NCBI GenBank assembly: GCA_043756005.1
Contig: JAYUTB010000001.1
Location: 42,132-106,131 of the forward strand
Direction: 5' to 3'
DNA: 64,000 nt
From: Spiroplasmataceae bacterium
Lineage (GTDB): Bacteria > Bacillota_I > Bacilli_A > Mycoplasmatales > JAYUTB01
Below are positions 24,781 to 35,306 of the stretch, piece by piece. The notes beneath the pieces are model-generated. The model was given only the letters and a program-made list of their open reading frames with translations. It was not told the DNA's origin and did not search any database. The position numbers and the translations under genes are program-made. Numbering within the stretch: position 1 is the first letter of the stretch; every line of letters starts with the position of its first letter.

Positions 24781-26019
24781 TTAAATATTTGATTGAACAA
24801 TTTTAGAATATTTTTGTTCATACGTTCATCCAATATTACGTCACCGATATGGAGCTATTCATTGGGAAAAAATGATTAAAAATATACCAAGCGCCACATA
24901 TATTATTGAAATATATTGAGATAAATCTAAAGAGGCGTCTGGCCAAAATTTACCTTCTTTTTCTCTTACAAAATCAAGCCCAAATCGAACCAGACCATAT
25001 CAAATAAAATAACAACTACCAATTAATCCTGCTTTAAAATTAAATCTTCTGTAAGGATTGCTTTGTTTATGAATGTTAATTAATGCGCGACAATCTTTTG
25101 TAAAAAGATATATCATATAAGCTTTAAAAAAATATCAATATTTTACGATAAAAAAAGTTGATTTGTCAAATTGAGGTTTTTGAAAAACACTTAAATTTAA
25201 TTTTGTATTTGTTTTTAAAAAAAAGTTGGTGTCATGTTCAATTCACATTTGTTTTTTTGTTTTATAAACACAATATCTTTTTAATATACAACGCATTCTT
25301 CTTAAATAAGGATAATCAGATTTTTCAAGCAAACGGGTTCAATTGTCATTGAATAATTTTTCACAATAAGCAACCTCTTTAATTCAAGGGCGCGGATTAA
25401 ATCACCGATGTAAGTTAGGTAACACAAAACCAAAAGCCAATCAACCGATCAAATTTAACATTGATTCATACAAAAATAATGGGTGATGATAAATATGATT
25501 AAAAATAAGATGGGGGGCATGAGGTATGTTAGATTTAGGTAATAAACGTTTTCAAAATCAATCACAATAAAATCAGTTGTTTTTAAATTCTTTGCCATCA
25601 ATTTGCAAAGGTACACCAAAAAGTTCATGGTTATGTCAATTACCTCATCTACCAATGGCTTGACCAATTAATATATTAATAACAATAATGTCAAAAAAAA
25701 CTCACAGCGATATTTTACGTTTTTTAGATAAAAAAAATAAATAAAAAAGCGTAATTAAAAATGCAAATAGAAAACCCCCATTAATTGATAAACCACTCAA
25801 TTCATAATAAGGAAATTTAAATGGGTCAGATGCTTTAAAAAAACTATCTTTAGATGTTAAATAAGCCAATCATCGCGCCCCCAATAAACCAACTATTACA
25901 ACAATTGGAAAAAACAAAATAAAATCTCATGAATCAATTTTTTTTTGTTTAGCTTTGAGAATCATTAATAAAAATGAAACAACAAAACCAATTAATATTA
26001 AAAATGAATACATGTTCAT
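24781..26019 (-). CDS. lgt: Prolipoprotein diacylglyceryl transferase, long paralogue (412 aa)
   Basis: Checked triplet by triplet (ATG 26019, TAA 24783..24781, many TGA codons). Motifs: GRWGNWHNHELFG, HHPLFLYES, YGLVRFGLDFVRE. A large insertion lies between the conserved blocks. Confidence 0.85.
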
Positions 26020-26021
26020 AA

Positions 26022-26969
26022 TTATTTTATTTTTTTTAAATGATCAATATATTTTACAATAAATTGACCAGCAATCGTACCATCTCCAACAGCAATTGAA
26101 ATTTGTTGTAATGATCTTGGCACTAAATCACCGGCAATAAAAATTCCGGGAATTTTAGTTTCAAACGTTGTTTTATCAAAAATAATGTTTTGGTGCTCAT
26201 CTTTTAAATCTAAATTAGATAAAAAATTAACCGCAACATAATGGCCGATATAAATAAATAACGCACTTACATGAAGTATGGTTTGTTGACCATTAATTAA
26301 ATTTACAACATTTAATTTAGTAACTTTATGTTCATCGCCTTCAATAGTTTCGACAATTGTATGGGTTAAAATTTTTATTTTAGCATGATTATTAATTTCA
26401 TATAATAAATTTGGATCAATTGTAAATTCATCACGTCGATGAATCAATCAAACCTCAGTAGCATAACGAGTTAAATAAATCGCCTCTTCGCAAGCTGAAT
26501 AACCGCCACCAACTACGGCAATGATTTTATTACGATATAAAGTTCCATCACAAACTGCACAATGTGAAACTCCTTTGCCATAATAAAAATCTTCGCCAAC
26601 TACTCCTAGTTTTTTTTCAGTGGTACCGGTGGCAACAATAACGCCTTTTGCTAATCATGTTTGAACATTAGTAGTAATTAATTTATAATCAGCTTGTAAT
26701 ATTATATCAAGCACTTCTTCGGTAACAATTTCAACATCTAACGATTTAACATGATTATGCATTTGTTGAGCTAAATTATAACCCGTAATCACGCCAAAAC
26801 CCGTAAAATTTTCAACCAGTTCAGTTTTAATAATTTTACCACCGACCGCTCCTTTTTCAATTATTAAAACTGATAAATTGGCTCGTTTTGCATAAATGGC
26901 GGCCGTTAATCCGGCTGGACCGGCACCAATAATAATCACATCATAAACAAAATTAGTAATCGATTTCAT
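26022..26969 (-). CDS. trxB: Thioredoxin reductase
   Basis: Track ORFs 26022..26447 and 26655..27005 share one frame. Motifs: IIIGAGPAGLTAA and redox CAVCDG in the joined region. ATG 26969 (MKSITNFVYDV) is preferred over the track start. Confidence 0.9.
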
Positions 26970-27903
26970 ATGTATATCCAATTCTACGCAATCAAGTTGG
27001 AGCAATAATTTGTGAACAAATATAACAAACTATACCCATGATAATAAAACATCAAGCCAATCAATAAGATATTAAATAACCATTAATTAACATTTGATCT
27101 CGTGAATCTCGTAAAGGTTCTAATAAAACTCTAATTATTCCATAACTTATAAAATAAAATGAACTAGATAAACCAGCATAATAAAAATTTTTAGCATTAC
27201 AATTATAAAAAAATGATTTTAAATATAAATTAGATTCTTGCTTTTGTTTTCAAAAATTTTTTTGAAAACAACGTTTGAAATTATATAATTGATCAGGAAT
27301 GTGTTGATTGATGATATTTTTTAATTCATTAGTGTTTGTTGAATGATACATATTTTTATGAGATAAATTAAAAGGTTTAACCAAATGCAATCATAAAAAT
27401 ATGACTAAACATAAACTTAATTCATATAAATGAATTGGATGTCTAATTACATGTTCAGGATCATCCTTATATCGTAAAAATCATCAACGATTTTTTAATC
27501 AAGAATCATCAGCTATATTTGCTCCTAAAATTTCTTGATTAACGACATTAGCTAAACGACCAATCACTTGCGCTAAGATAATCCCGTTAAGAAAAATATC
27601 AGATCATACTCAAATCGAAATTTGTAATTTTTTAGCAACAAATCAAAATCATCAGCCAGCAACAATACTAGCAAATATCATACCAAAAAAAAACGACATA
27701 CCACCTTCTCAAAAAGAACTAGTTTTATTTAAATTACTAAACCATCAGCCAATTCTAGCACCTATCAAGCCAATTGGAATTAAAAAAAACACTCCTTCTT
27801 CAACCGGTCACGTTGGTAATTTATTTACTTTAAGTCTGATTCAAATATATAAAAAGCCTGACAACATCGATAAAAAAATGAAAAAAGAATATAATCCAGA
27901 CAT
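26953..27903 (-). CDS. lgt: Prolipoprotein diacylglyceryl transferase, second paralogue (316 aa)
   Basis: Checked triplet by triplet (ATG 27903, TAA 26955..26953). Motifs: GRLANVVNQEILG, RHPIHLYE, YGIIRVLLEPLR. It overlaps the trxB start by 17 nt. Confidence 0.85.
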
Positions 27904-27923
27904 TAACAATCTATATTAATGAA

Positions 27924-28829
27924 TTAATTATTTTTAATAATAAAAATTTCGTCACTAAACACTGAATTGCCATTTTTATTACTTCACAATATTTTAATAA
28001 TTGAACAAATCGAGGGCACTAAATACATTGAGATAATGAAAATTTCAAAACCACCCATCAAAAGGTTAAAAAATGCTTCCAGAACATTACGAGATGACAT
28101 CATTCTTACAATAATTTCCAAGATTCGAAAAATTTGCAACACCAAACTAACCACCAACATGATCGTTGTTAAAATAGAAAAATATAGTTTATAAAAAAAT
28201 ATTAATCTTTGAAATCAATAATAATTTATATATTTTTCAAATTTTTTGTTTTTAAACACAAATAAACTACTAACCCCAATTAATAAAATCACACTTAAAA
28301 TTAGTGCGGGAATTCAAAAAAATTTATTAGTAACATCAAAAAGTTTTAAAGCGAAAGATAACAAAAAATAATAAATTGTCATAGCGATTGATGAACTTAT
28401 TAAAATTCCTAACGAAATTCAGCCACCATTAATAACTAAAATATTACGAGCCCGGTTTTTTGTGCCGCCATTAACGGTCGGTAATTTAGAAAGTAAATAA
28501 GGTAAAAATAAGGCATTAAAGTTAAAACAAGAATATGTTATTAATGCTCATTTGTTTAAAGCCAACTCTTCATCAGTGTTATATCTTAGCATTTGTAATA
28601 AAATATAACTTGTTAAAAACAAGGCAGCATTTATTACAAAAAATAATAATAATAAAATCTCTTTTAAAAAAGAAAAATTGTTTAATGCTACAATAAATTT
28701 ATTATATAACGGCAATAAAAATGAAACTAAGCTTAAAAATAAAACAAAATAACAATTGAATTTGCCTCAAAATCTTATTGATCCCAAAGAAGTTTCCGAA
28801 TTATTAATTAAAGTTTTTTTCAAAAACAT
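27924..28829 (-). CDS. Hypothetical polytopic membrane protein (301 aa)
   Basis: Checked triplet by triplet (ATG 28829, TAA 27926..27924, internal TGA only). Multiple hydrophobic helices. No family recognised. Confidence 0.6.
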
Positions 28830-28928
28830 AATCATTACCTTTTTTCTGCAAGCAAGTTTATTTTAACATAAATAACAAATATATCGATAATTTGTATAAT
28901 AATATTTAGTTTATATAAATGAATGATG

Positions 28929-30899
28929 TTATTTAATAAATCAATGATTAATTTTTGCCGATAAATGTTGCGCAGTAAATTTAAAATGATTGGTTAATTG
29001 ATCAATTGAACCTGATAATCCAAATTCATACACCCCTAATACTAAACCTTCACAACCAACATATTTATATCAGCAATTATCATTTGATAATTCAATAGCC
29101 ACTTTTTTAATATGATGAGGTAATAAGTTAGTAATATAATCACGGGATTGCTGATCAAACAAACTTAAACAAGGCATTGACAAAACCCTAATATTTAAAG
29201 TTAATAATGATTTAATTGCTAAAGCAAGACTCACTTCACTGCCGGTGGCTAAAAAAATTAAATCAAGTGGTTGCTGCATGTTTTCTGAAGATATTATATA
29301 ACCACCTTTCATAACTGCATTTGTTTGCGAGCTATCTAAATTTACCACCGATTGCCGGCTAGTAATGATTGACATAGGAAATATTTGCTGTTCAAAAAAG
29401 GCTATTAAACAACCAACTGATTCATTTCAATCACAAGGCCTCATCACATGTAAATTAGGAATACCTCTTAAACTAGCAAGTTGTTCAATTGGTTGATGAG
29501 TGGGTCCATCTTCACCAACTAAAATTGAATCATGAGAAAAAATATTAATCACGGCTAATTTCATTAAACAACCAAGTCGTAAAGCAGCTTTGGCATAATC
29601 AGCAAACACTAAAAATGTCGCCGCATAACCTTTAAAAATACCATGAAGCGTTATACCGTTAATAATTGAAAACATCGCAAATTCTCTTACACCAAACATT
29701 AAATTATTACCTGATGGATGATTAGTAGCATCAAAATCACCACCGCTACCCTTAATCATGGTGGAACAAGATAAATCGGCGCTCCCGCCGATAAAATTAT
29801 TGGTTTGATTGGTAATGCTATCAAGAATTTTACCAACTGATTGTCGGGTTGGCATAGTTTTTTCAATTGACAAATCATTAATGATTTGTCAATTGATCTT
29901 ATAACAACATGCCAGATAATCCATTAATGATGCATACAATATTGGATATGTTAATTGATAAGCTTTTAATTGCCGATGCCATGCAAGATATGTTTGCTGA
30001 TTGCGTTGTATAATGTTATAAAATAGTTGGTTTACGGTTTTATCAACTACATACGGGGCATGATGATAATTATAAAACTTATAAACCTGACTAATATCTT
30101 CTTTTAATGGTGAACCATGAACTTTAGAATGATTTGCAAAAGTTGCTCCTTCACCAATGATTGTTTTAATTTCAATTAACGTTGGGCGAGCAAGGCTTTT
30201 TTTAGCTTTAGCAATGGCTTTGTCGATTGCTTGCAAGTTGTTGCCGTCGGCTACTTTTAAATAATTTCAATGGGCGGCTTGAAACCTTTTTTTAACATCA
30301 TCAGATTGCGTCTTATTTAAAGAACTGTCAAGTTGTACATCGTTTGAATCATATAATCAAATTAATTTATTAAGTTTTCAATGCCCCGCTAAAGAGATTG
30401 ATTCTTGAGCAATGCCTTCTTGGAGATCACCATCGCTGCAAAGCACAAAAGTGTAATGATTTATTAAATGATGGTTTGGTTGATTAAAATGAATTCGGGC
30501 TTTCAATTCAGCTAACGCAACACCAACTGACATGGCTATACCACTCCCTAAAGGTCCGGTTGTTGCTTCGATCCCATATGTAATATTATATTCCGGATGG
30601 CCGGTGGTAACATAACCAATTTTTCGAAAATTTTTTAAATCTTCTAAAGTGATTCGATAACCACTTAGATGGAGGATTGTATAAAGTAGCGCGCTACCAT
30701 GTCCAGCTGATAAAATAAACCGATCGCGATTAATTCATTGCGGATCTTGAGGATTAAAATTTAAATGATTTTTAAATAAAACAAAAAGAAATGGTGCAGC
30801 GCCTAAAATAATGCCTGGATGGCCGGAATTTGCATCATTAACCATTTGAACACCAATACATTTAATGGTGTTAATTGCTAATATATTTGGATCTTGCAT
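28929..30899 (-). CDS. tkt: Transketolase
   Basis: ATG 30899 (…DANSGHPG…[10 protein letters not shown]…) is in frame with track ORFs 29889, 29427 and 29070. Total length is 1971 nt, ending at TAA 28931..28929. Confidence 0.95.
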
Positions 30900-31031
30900 G
30901 ATTACTATAATAATTATTATATTAAAAAAAACAAAATTATATATTTAAATAATTTTGTTTTTTAAAATATTTGCAAAAAGTTACCATTTATAATTGATTA
31001 TGTAATTATGTTTGTGAATTAGTTATTAATA

Positions 31032-31067
31032 AAGTTTTTAAATACAATATATTGTATTTAAAAACTT
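31032..31067. promoter_or_regulatory. Perfect 36-bp palindrome in the tkt/tuf divergent promoter region
   Basis: AAGTTTTTAAATACAATATATTGTATTTAAAAACTT equals its own reverse complement. The right half carries TTGTAT, 18 nt upstream of the TATAAT at 31076. Confidence 0.6.
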
Positions 31068-31075
31068 AAAAAGTG

Positions 31076-31081
31076 TATAAT
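31076..31081 (+). promoter_or_regulatory. -10 box (TATAAT) of the putative tuf promoter
   Basis: A consensus TATAAT lies 43 nt upstream of the tuf ATG. The RBS AAAGGAG at about 31106..31112 precedes ATG 31124. Confidence 0.5.
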
Positions 31082-31123
31082 AAGATTAATTATTTTTATA
31101 TAAAAAAGGAGTTTTTAAAAAAA

Positions 31124-32314
31124 ATGGCACGAGAAAAATTTGAACGAACCAAACCACACGTTAATATAGGTACGATTGGTCATATTGATCATGGTAAAAC
31201 TACTTTAACTGCCGCAATTTCAAATGTTTTGGCAAAAGAAGGAAAAACTGAAGCACGAAGTTATGAATCAATTGATTCGGCACCTGAAGAAAAAGCACGT
31301 GGCATTACTATTAATACAGCTCATATTGAATACGAAACTAATAATCGTCATTATGCTCATGTTGATTGTCCGGGACATGCTGATTACATTAAAAACATGA
31401 TTACGGGAGCAGCACAAATGGATGGGGCGATTTTAGTTGTTTCAGCAACTGACGGCCCAATGTTACAAACAAGAGAACATATTTTATTGTCACGTCAAGT
31501 TGGTGTTCCTAGAATGGTAGTATTTTTAAATAAATGTGACATGATAAAAGAAGAAGATAAAGAATTAATTGACTTAGTTGAAGTTGAAATTAGAGAATTA
31601 TTAACTAAATATGAATTTGATGGCAACAATACGCCAATTGTACGTGGTTCAGCTTTTAAGGCCTTAAATGGCGATGCTGAATATGAAAAGTCAATTGTAG
31701 AATTAATGACAAAAGTGGATGAATGAATTCCTTTACCAGTTAGAGACGTTGATAAACCATTTTTACTTTCAGTAGAAAATTCATTTACTAAAACTGGCCG
31801 AGGTACTGTTGTAACAGGAAAAGTTGAACGTGGCACAGTGCAAGTTAATGATCCGGTTGAAATTATTGGTATAAAAGAGACTAAAAAAACCATTGTAACT
31901 GGCATCGAAACATTTTTAAAAATTTTAGATTATGCAACGGCCGGCGACAATGTTGGTTTATTATTAAGAGGTATTAATAGAGAAGATGTGGTGAGAGGTC
32001 AAGTTTTAGCTAAACCAGGAACGGTACAACCTCATTCTAAATTTATAGGTTTAGTTTATGTTTTAAAAAAAGATGAAGGAGGACGACATACTCCTTTTTT
32101 TACTAATTATCGTCCTCAATTTTACTTTCATACAACTGATGTTACAGGTGTGATTGAATTAGCAAAAGATGTTGAAATGGTTATGCCGGGTGATAATATT
32201 GAATTAACAATTGAATTAATTTATCCAGTAGCCATTGAACAAGGCACTAAGTTTTCAATTCGTGAAGGTGGCAGAACGGTTGGTGCTGGCACAGTTAGTA
32301 AAATTATTACTTAA
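31124..32314 (+). CDS. tuf: Elongation factor Tu
   Basis: [28 protein letters not shown]. Track ORFs 31073..31726 and 31838..32314 share one frame and are joined through TGA at 31727. Confidence 0.97.
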
Positions 32315-32877
32315 TATAAGCTTGACATTTTTAAAAACAATACCTGTTGATTCAGGTATTGTTTTTTTTTAATTATTACCAAAGGAACATTTAAAGATAA
32401 CGTCATTGATTTAGTTATTCTACAAATAATTACGCCCTGCTTGGTAATTAATTTTTGATTTCAAATTTGGGTTAATATGTCGTTCACTAGCAATCCATCT
32501 TTAAAAGGTGGATCTAAAAAAATTAATTGAAATTGAACTTGCTGGTTGATTAATTGATTTAAACACGTTTGATAATCTTGATTAGTTATAGTTGTCTTTT
32601 TAGTGATTGATAATCATTGCGTATTTAATATTAATGATTGATAAGTTGCTAGATCATGGTCATTGATATGTAAAGATAAGGCGCCGCGCGATAAAGATTC
32701 AAATCCAAAAATCCCACTACCAGCAAAAAGATCTAAAACTTTAATTTCAGGCCAATAACAGTAATAATTTAAAATATTAAAAATATCAATTCTTATACGA
32801 GTGATGATTGGATTAAATGTTAAATCATTTTTTAATATAATGCACCGATTTTTAAATTTTCCTGTGATTATTTTCAT
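32311..32877 (-). CDS. rsmD: 16S rRNA (guanine-N2)-methyltransferase RsmD
   Basis: Track ORF 32614..32877 ([18 protein letters not shown]) continues through TGA (…IFLDPPF…[13 protein letters not shown]) to TAA at 32313..32311. Total length is 567 nt. Confidence 0.8.
32333..32370 (+). terminator. Rho-independent terminator of tuf
   Basis: The stem AAAAACAATACCTG / CAGGTATTGTTTTT has a 6-nt loop and runs into a T tract (32362..32370). Confidence 0.7.
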
Positions 32878-32925
32878 AATTTAATTATAATTAAATTAAT
32901 TTAAACAAAAAAGAACTTTTTTTAG

Positions 32926-32976
32926 ATTCATTTCATTAAACGAGTTTTTATTAAAAAAAGGTTTAATGAAATGAAT
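32926..32976. repeat. Perfect 16-bp inverted repeat whose right arm covers the def start codon
   Basis: ATTCATTTCATTAAAC (32926..32941) and GTTTAATGAAATGAAT (32961..32976) are exact reverse complements separated by a 19-nt spacer. The def ATG is at 32971. Confidence 0.7.
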
Positions 32977-33540
32977 GATAAACAGTTACCAAGTATGGAT
33001 TGAATTGTTACCGATTCAAACATTAAAATTCGCGAAACTTCAATTAATGTCATATTTCCTTTAACTAAAGAAGATGAATATCAAATCAAAAGAATGCAAG
33101 CATATGTGTTTTATTCTCAAAATCTAAAATGAAACAAACAACAAATTATTACGCCAGCGGTAGGCATTGCTGCACCGCAAATTGGATATCAAAAAAATAT
33201 GTATTATATTAGACATCGTTATCTTAATAAACATACTAATTCGATGAAAGTTGAAGAATTTTTAATGATTAACGCAGTAATAACATCAAAAAGTGAACAA
33301 AAAATTGCTTTAGAATTTGGTGAAGGTTGTTTGAGTGTTGTTGAAAAAAAACAAGGATTAGCGTCAAGAAGTAACAATATCGTGGTTGAAGGTTATAATT
33401 ATTTACAAAAAAAACACGTTTCTTTAAATATTGAAGGATATTTGGCGATCGTGTTTCAACATGAACAGGATCATTTAAAAGGAATGCTATATTATGATAA
33501 TTTTACTAATGACAAATCCACTTTAACCCTTATTAAATAA
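32971..33540 (+). CDS. def: Peptide deformylase
   Basis: ATG 32971 is in frame with track ORF 33199..33540 through two TGA codons. Motifs: GIAAPQIG, EGCLS, HEQDHL. Confidence 0.9.
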
Positions 33541-33543
33541 CAT

Positions 33544-35298
33544 ATGACATCAATCAATACTCCAAAAATCGAACACGACAATCTAACTAATCTAACAAAT
33601 ACTGCCACTTATATTTTTGCATTAGGTGGTTTAGAAGAAATTGGGAAAAACATGTATTGTTTTGAACAAGCAAACGAAATCATTGTTATTGATGTTGGGA
33701 TTAAATTTGTTGATTCCGCATCTTTTGCTGCTGACTTAATAGTGCCTGATTTTAGTTACCTTATCCGAAATAAAGAAAAAATCAAAGCAATTTTTATCAC
33801 CCATGGGCATGAAGATCATATCGGCGGCGTTCCTTATCTTTTAAAAGCACTTGACATTCCTTTTATTTATGCACCACGTTTAGCAGCTGAATTAATTCGT
33901 GATAAATTACACAAGTTTAAAATTAAAACTGATACCAAAATTGTCGAAATAGATGCAACCACCAATCAAAACTTCAACACCAAACATTTTAAAATCGAGT
34001 ATTTTCAAATTAATCACTCAATTCCTGATTCTTATGGAATTATGATCGAAACCATCAACGGCATCATTGTTTCAACAGGAGATTTTAAATTTGATTGAAC
34101 TCCATTAACTAATGAGAGAGTTGATTTGCAAAAATTAATTAATTATGGAAAACGAGGTACAACATTATTATTATCTGATTCTACCAATTCAATTAAAGAA
34201 ACCGTCACCCAAACCGAACAAATTGTTATCCAAAACCTTGATAAATTATTTTTACAAATTGAAGGCCGAATTTTAATATCGATGTTTGCATCTAATATTC
34301 ATCGAATTAGAGAAACAATTATGGTTGCTATCAAACATAAGCGAAAAATTTTTATTTTAGGTAGATCGCTTGAAAATATTATTAAAATTATGAGAAAAAT
34401 GCCTAATGTAAAAATACCAGATAATGCATTTGATGCAATTGGAAATATTAATAATTATAATGTAAACGAAATTATGATTATTTGCACAGGATCACAAGGA
34501 GAGCCTTTAGCGGCATTAACAAGATTATCTAAAAATGAAAATAAACTGCTAAGTATTATTGAAGGTGATACAGTTATTTTTTCATCATCACCGATTCCTG
34601 AGAATATTTATAAAGTCAGTGAATCAATGAATAAATTAAATAAATTAGGGGCAATTGTTAAAAAAAATTCAAGTGAGTGTTTATTACATGTTTCCGGTCA
34701 CGCTGGTAAAGAAGGCCAAAAGATCATGTTGTCGATTGTAAAACCAACATATTTTATGCCGATGCATGGTTATTATAGAATGATGAAAGAACATTGTAAA
34801 ACAGCTGTCGCAACCGGCGTTAAATCAGAAAATTTATTAATGCTGAAAAACGGCGATCGCGTTGAAATGATAAAAGGGAAAATTAAATTAACTACCCCAG
34901 TAATAAGTGGTGGCATTTATATTGCCAATGATTTTTCAAATATGTTAGTAAGCAGAGCCCACAGTAATTTAGTTAATTTCCGGATGACCATTGCTAAAAA
35001 AGGCATTGTACAAATCACTTTATTTTTACACAACAACTTATATAAAATGTTTATGGAACCAAAAATTACTTTAATAGGTATAAAAAAACCGGTAAAAATT
35101 TGTAATTTAACAATCCAACAATTAGTTGCTGAATATCTAAAACAAAACCAACCAATAAACTTAAGTGATGAAGAAAGAATCGTTTTTATTCCTTTACTAA
35201 AAACAAACTTAAAAAACCTATTAGTAACCTATTTAAAAACTATAAATGATTTATCAATAATTCATCTTGTTGTGTTAATTTTAAAAAAAAGATTTTAA
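33544..35298 (+). CDS. rnj: Ribonuclease J
   Basis: Track ORFs 33544..34098 and 34126..35298 share one frame. Metallo-beta-lactamase motif THGHEDHIGG and beta-CASP-like sequence. Confidence 0.9.
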
Positions 35299-35306
35299 AA
35301 AACTAC

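Noticed and set aside
30926-30963. 14-bp stem hairpin AAAAAACAAAATTA / TAATTTTGTTTTTT between tkt and tuf, resembling a bidirectional terminator.
   Set aside because: The stem is almost entirely A-T pairs. There is no upstream gene on either strand for it to terminate, because the two genes diverge. It is probably a compositional artefact, so I kept only the 36-bp perfect palindrome as notable.
31073-31123. GTG-initiated N-terminal extension of tuf ([17 protein letters not shown]...).
   Set aside because: EF-Tu orthologues start at MAKEKF/MAREKF. An AAAGGAG RBS sits just upstream of ATG 31124, and the extension covers the promoter region.
31495-31905. 136-aa minus-strand ORF. The same applies to other antisense track ORFs: 5504..5698, 5804..6061, 9740..9925, 13983..14201, 20659..20859, 21292..21483, 22428..22667, 24277..24477, 25158..25352, 25455..25667, 27967..28194, 37924..38139, 38188..38517, 38700..38885, 39799..39981, 41112..41411, 41883..42134, 44486..44725, 48824..49039, 51368..51640, 53794..53997, 54136..54351, 54502..54753, 55413..55652, 57872..58114 and 59616..59822.
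   Set aside because: Each lies antisense to, or out of frame within, a confidently identified conserved gene (tuf, CaCA, pyrD-like, gap, ecfT, ecfA, dnaA, lgt, ktrA, purF, thiI, dnaE, potA, potCD, ptsI, ptsH, DJ-1, prs) and shows no recognisable motifs.
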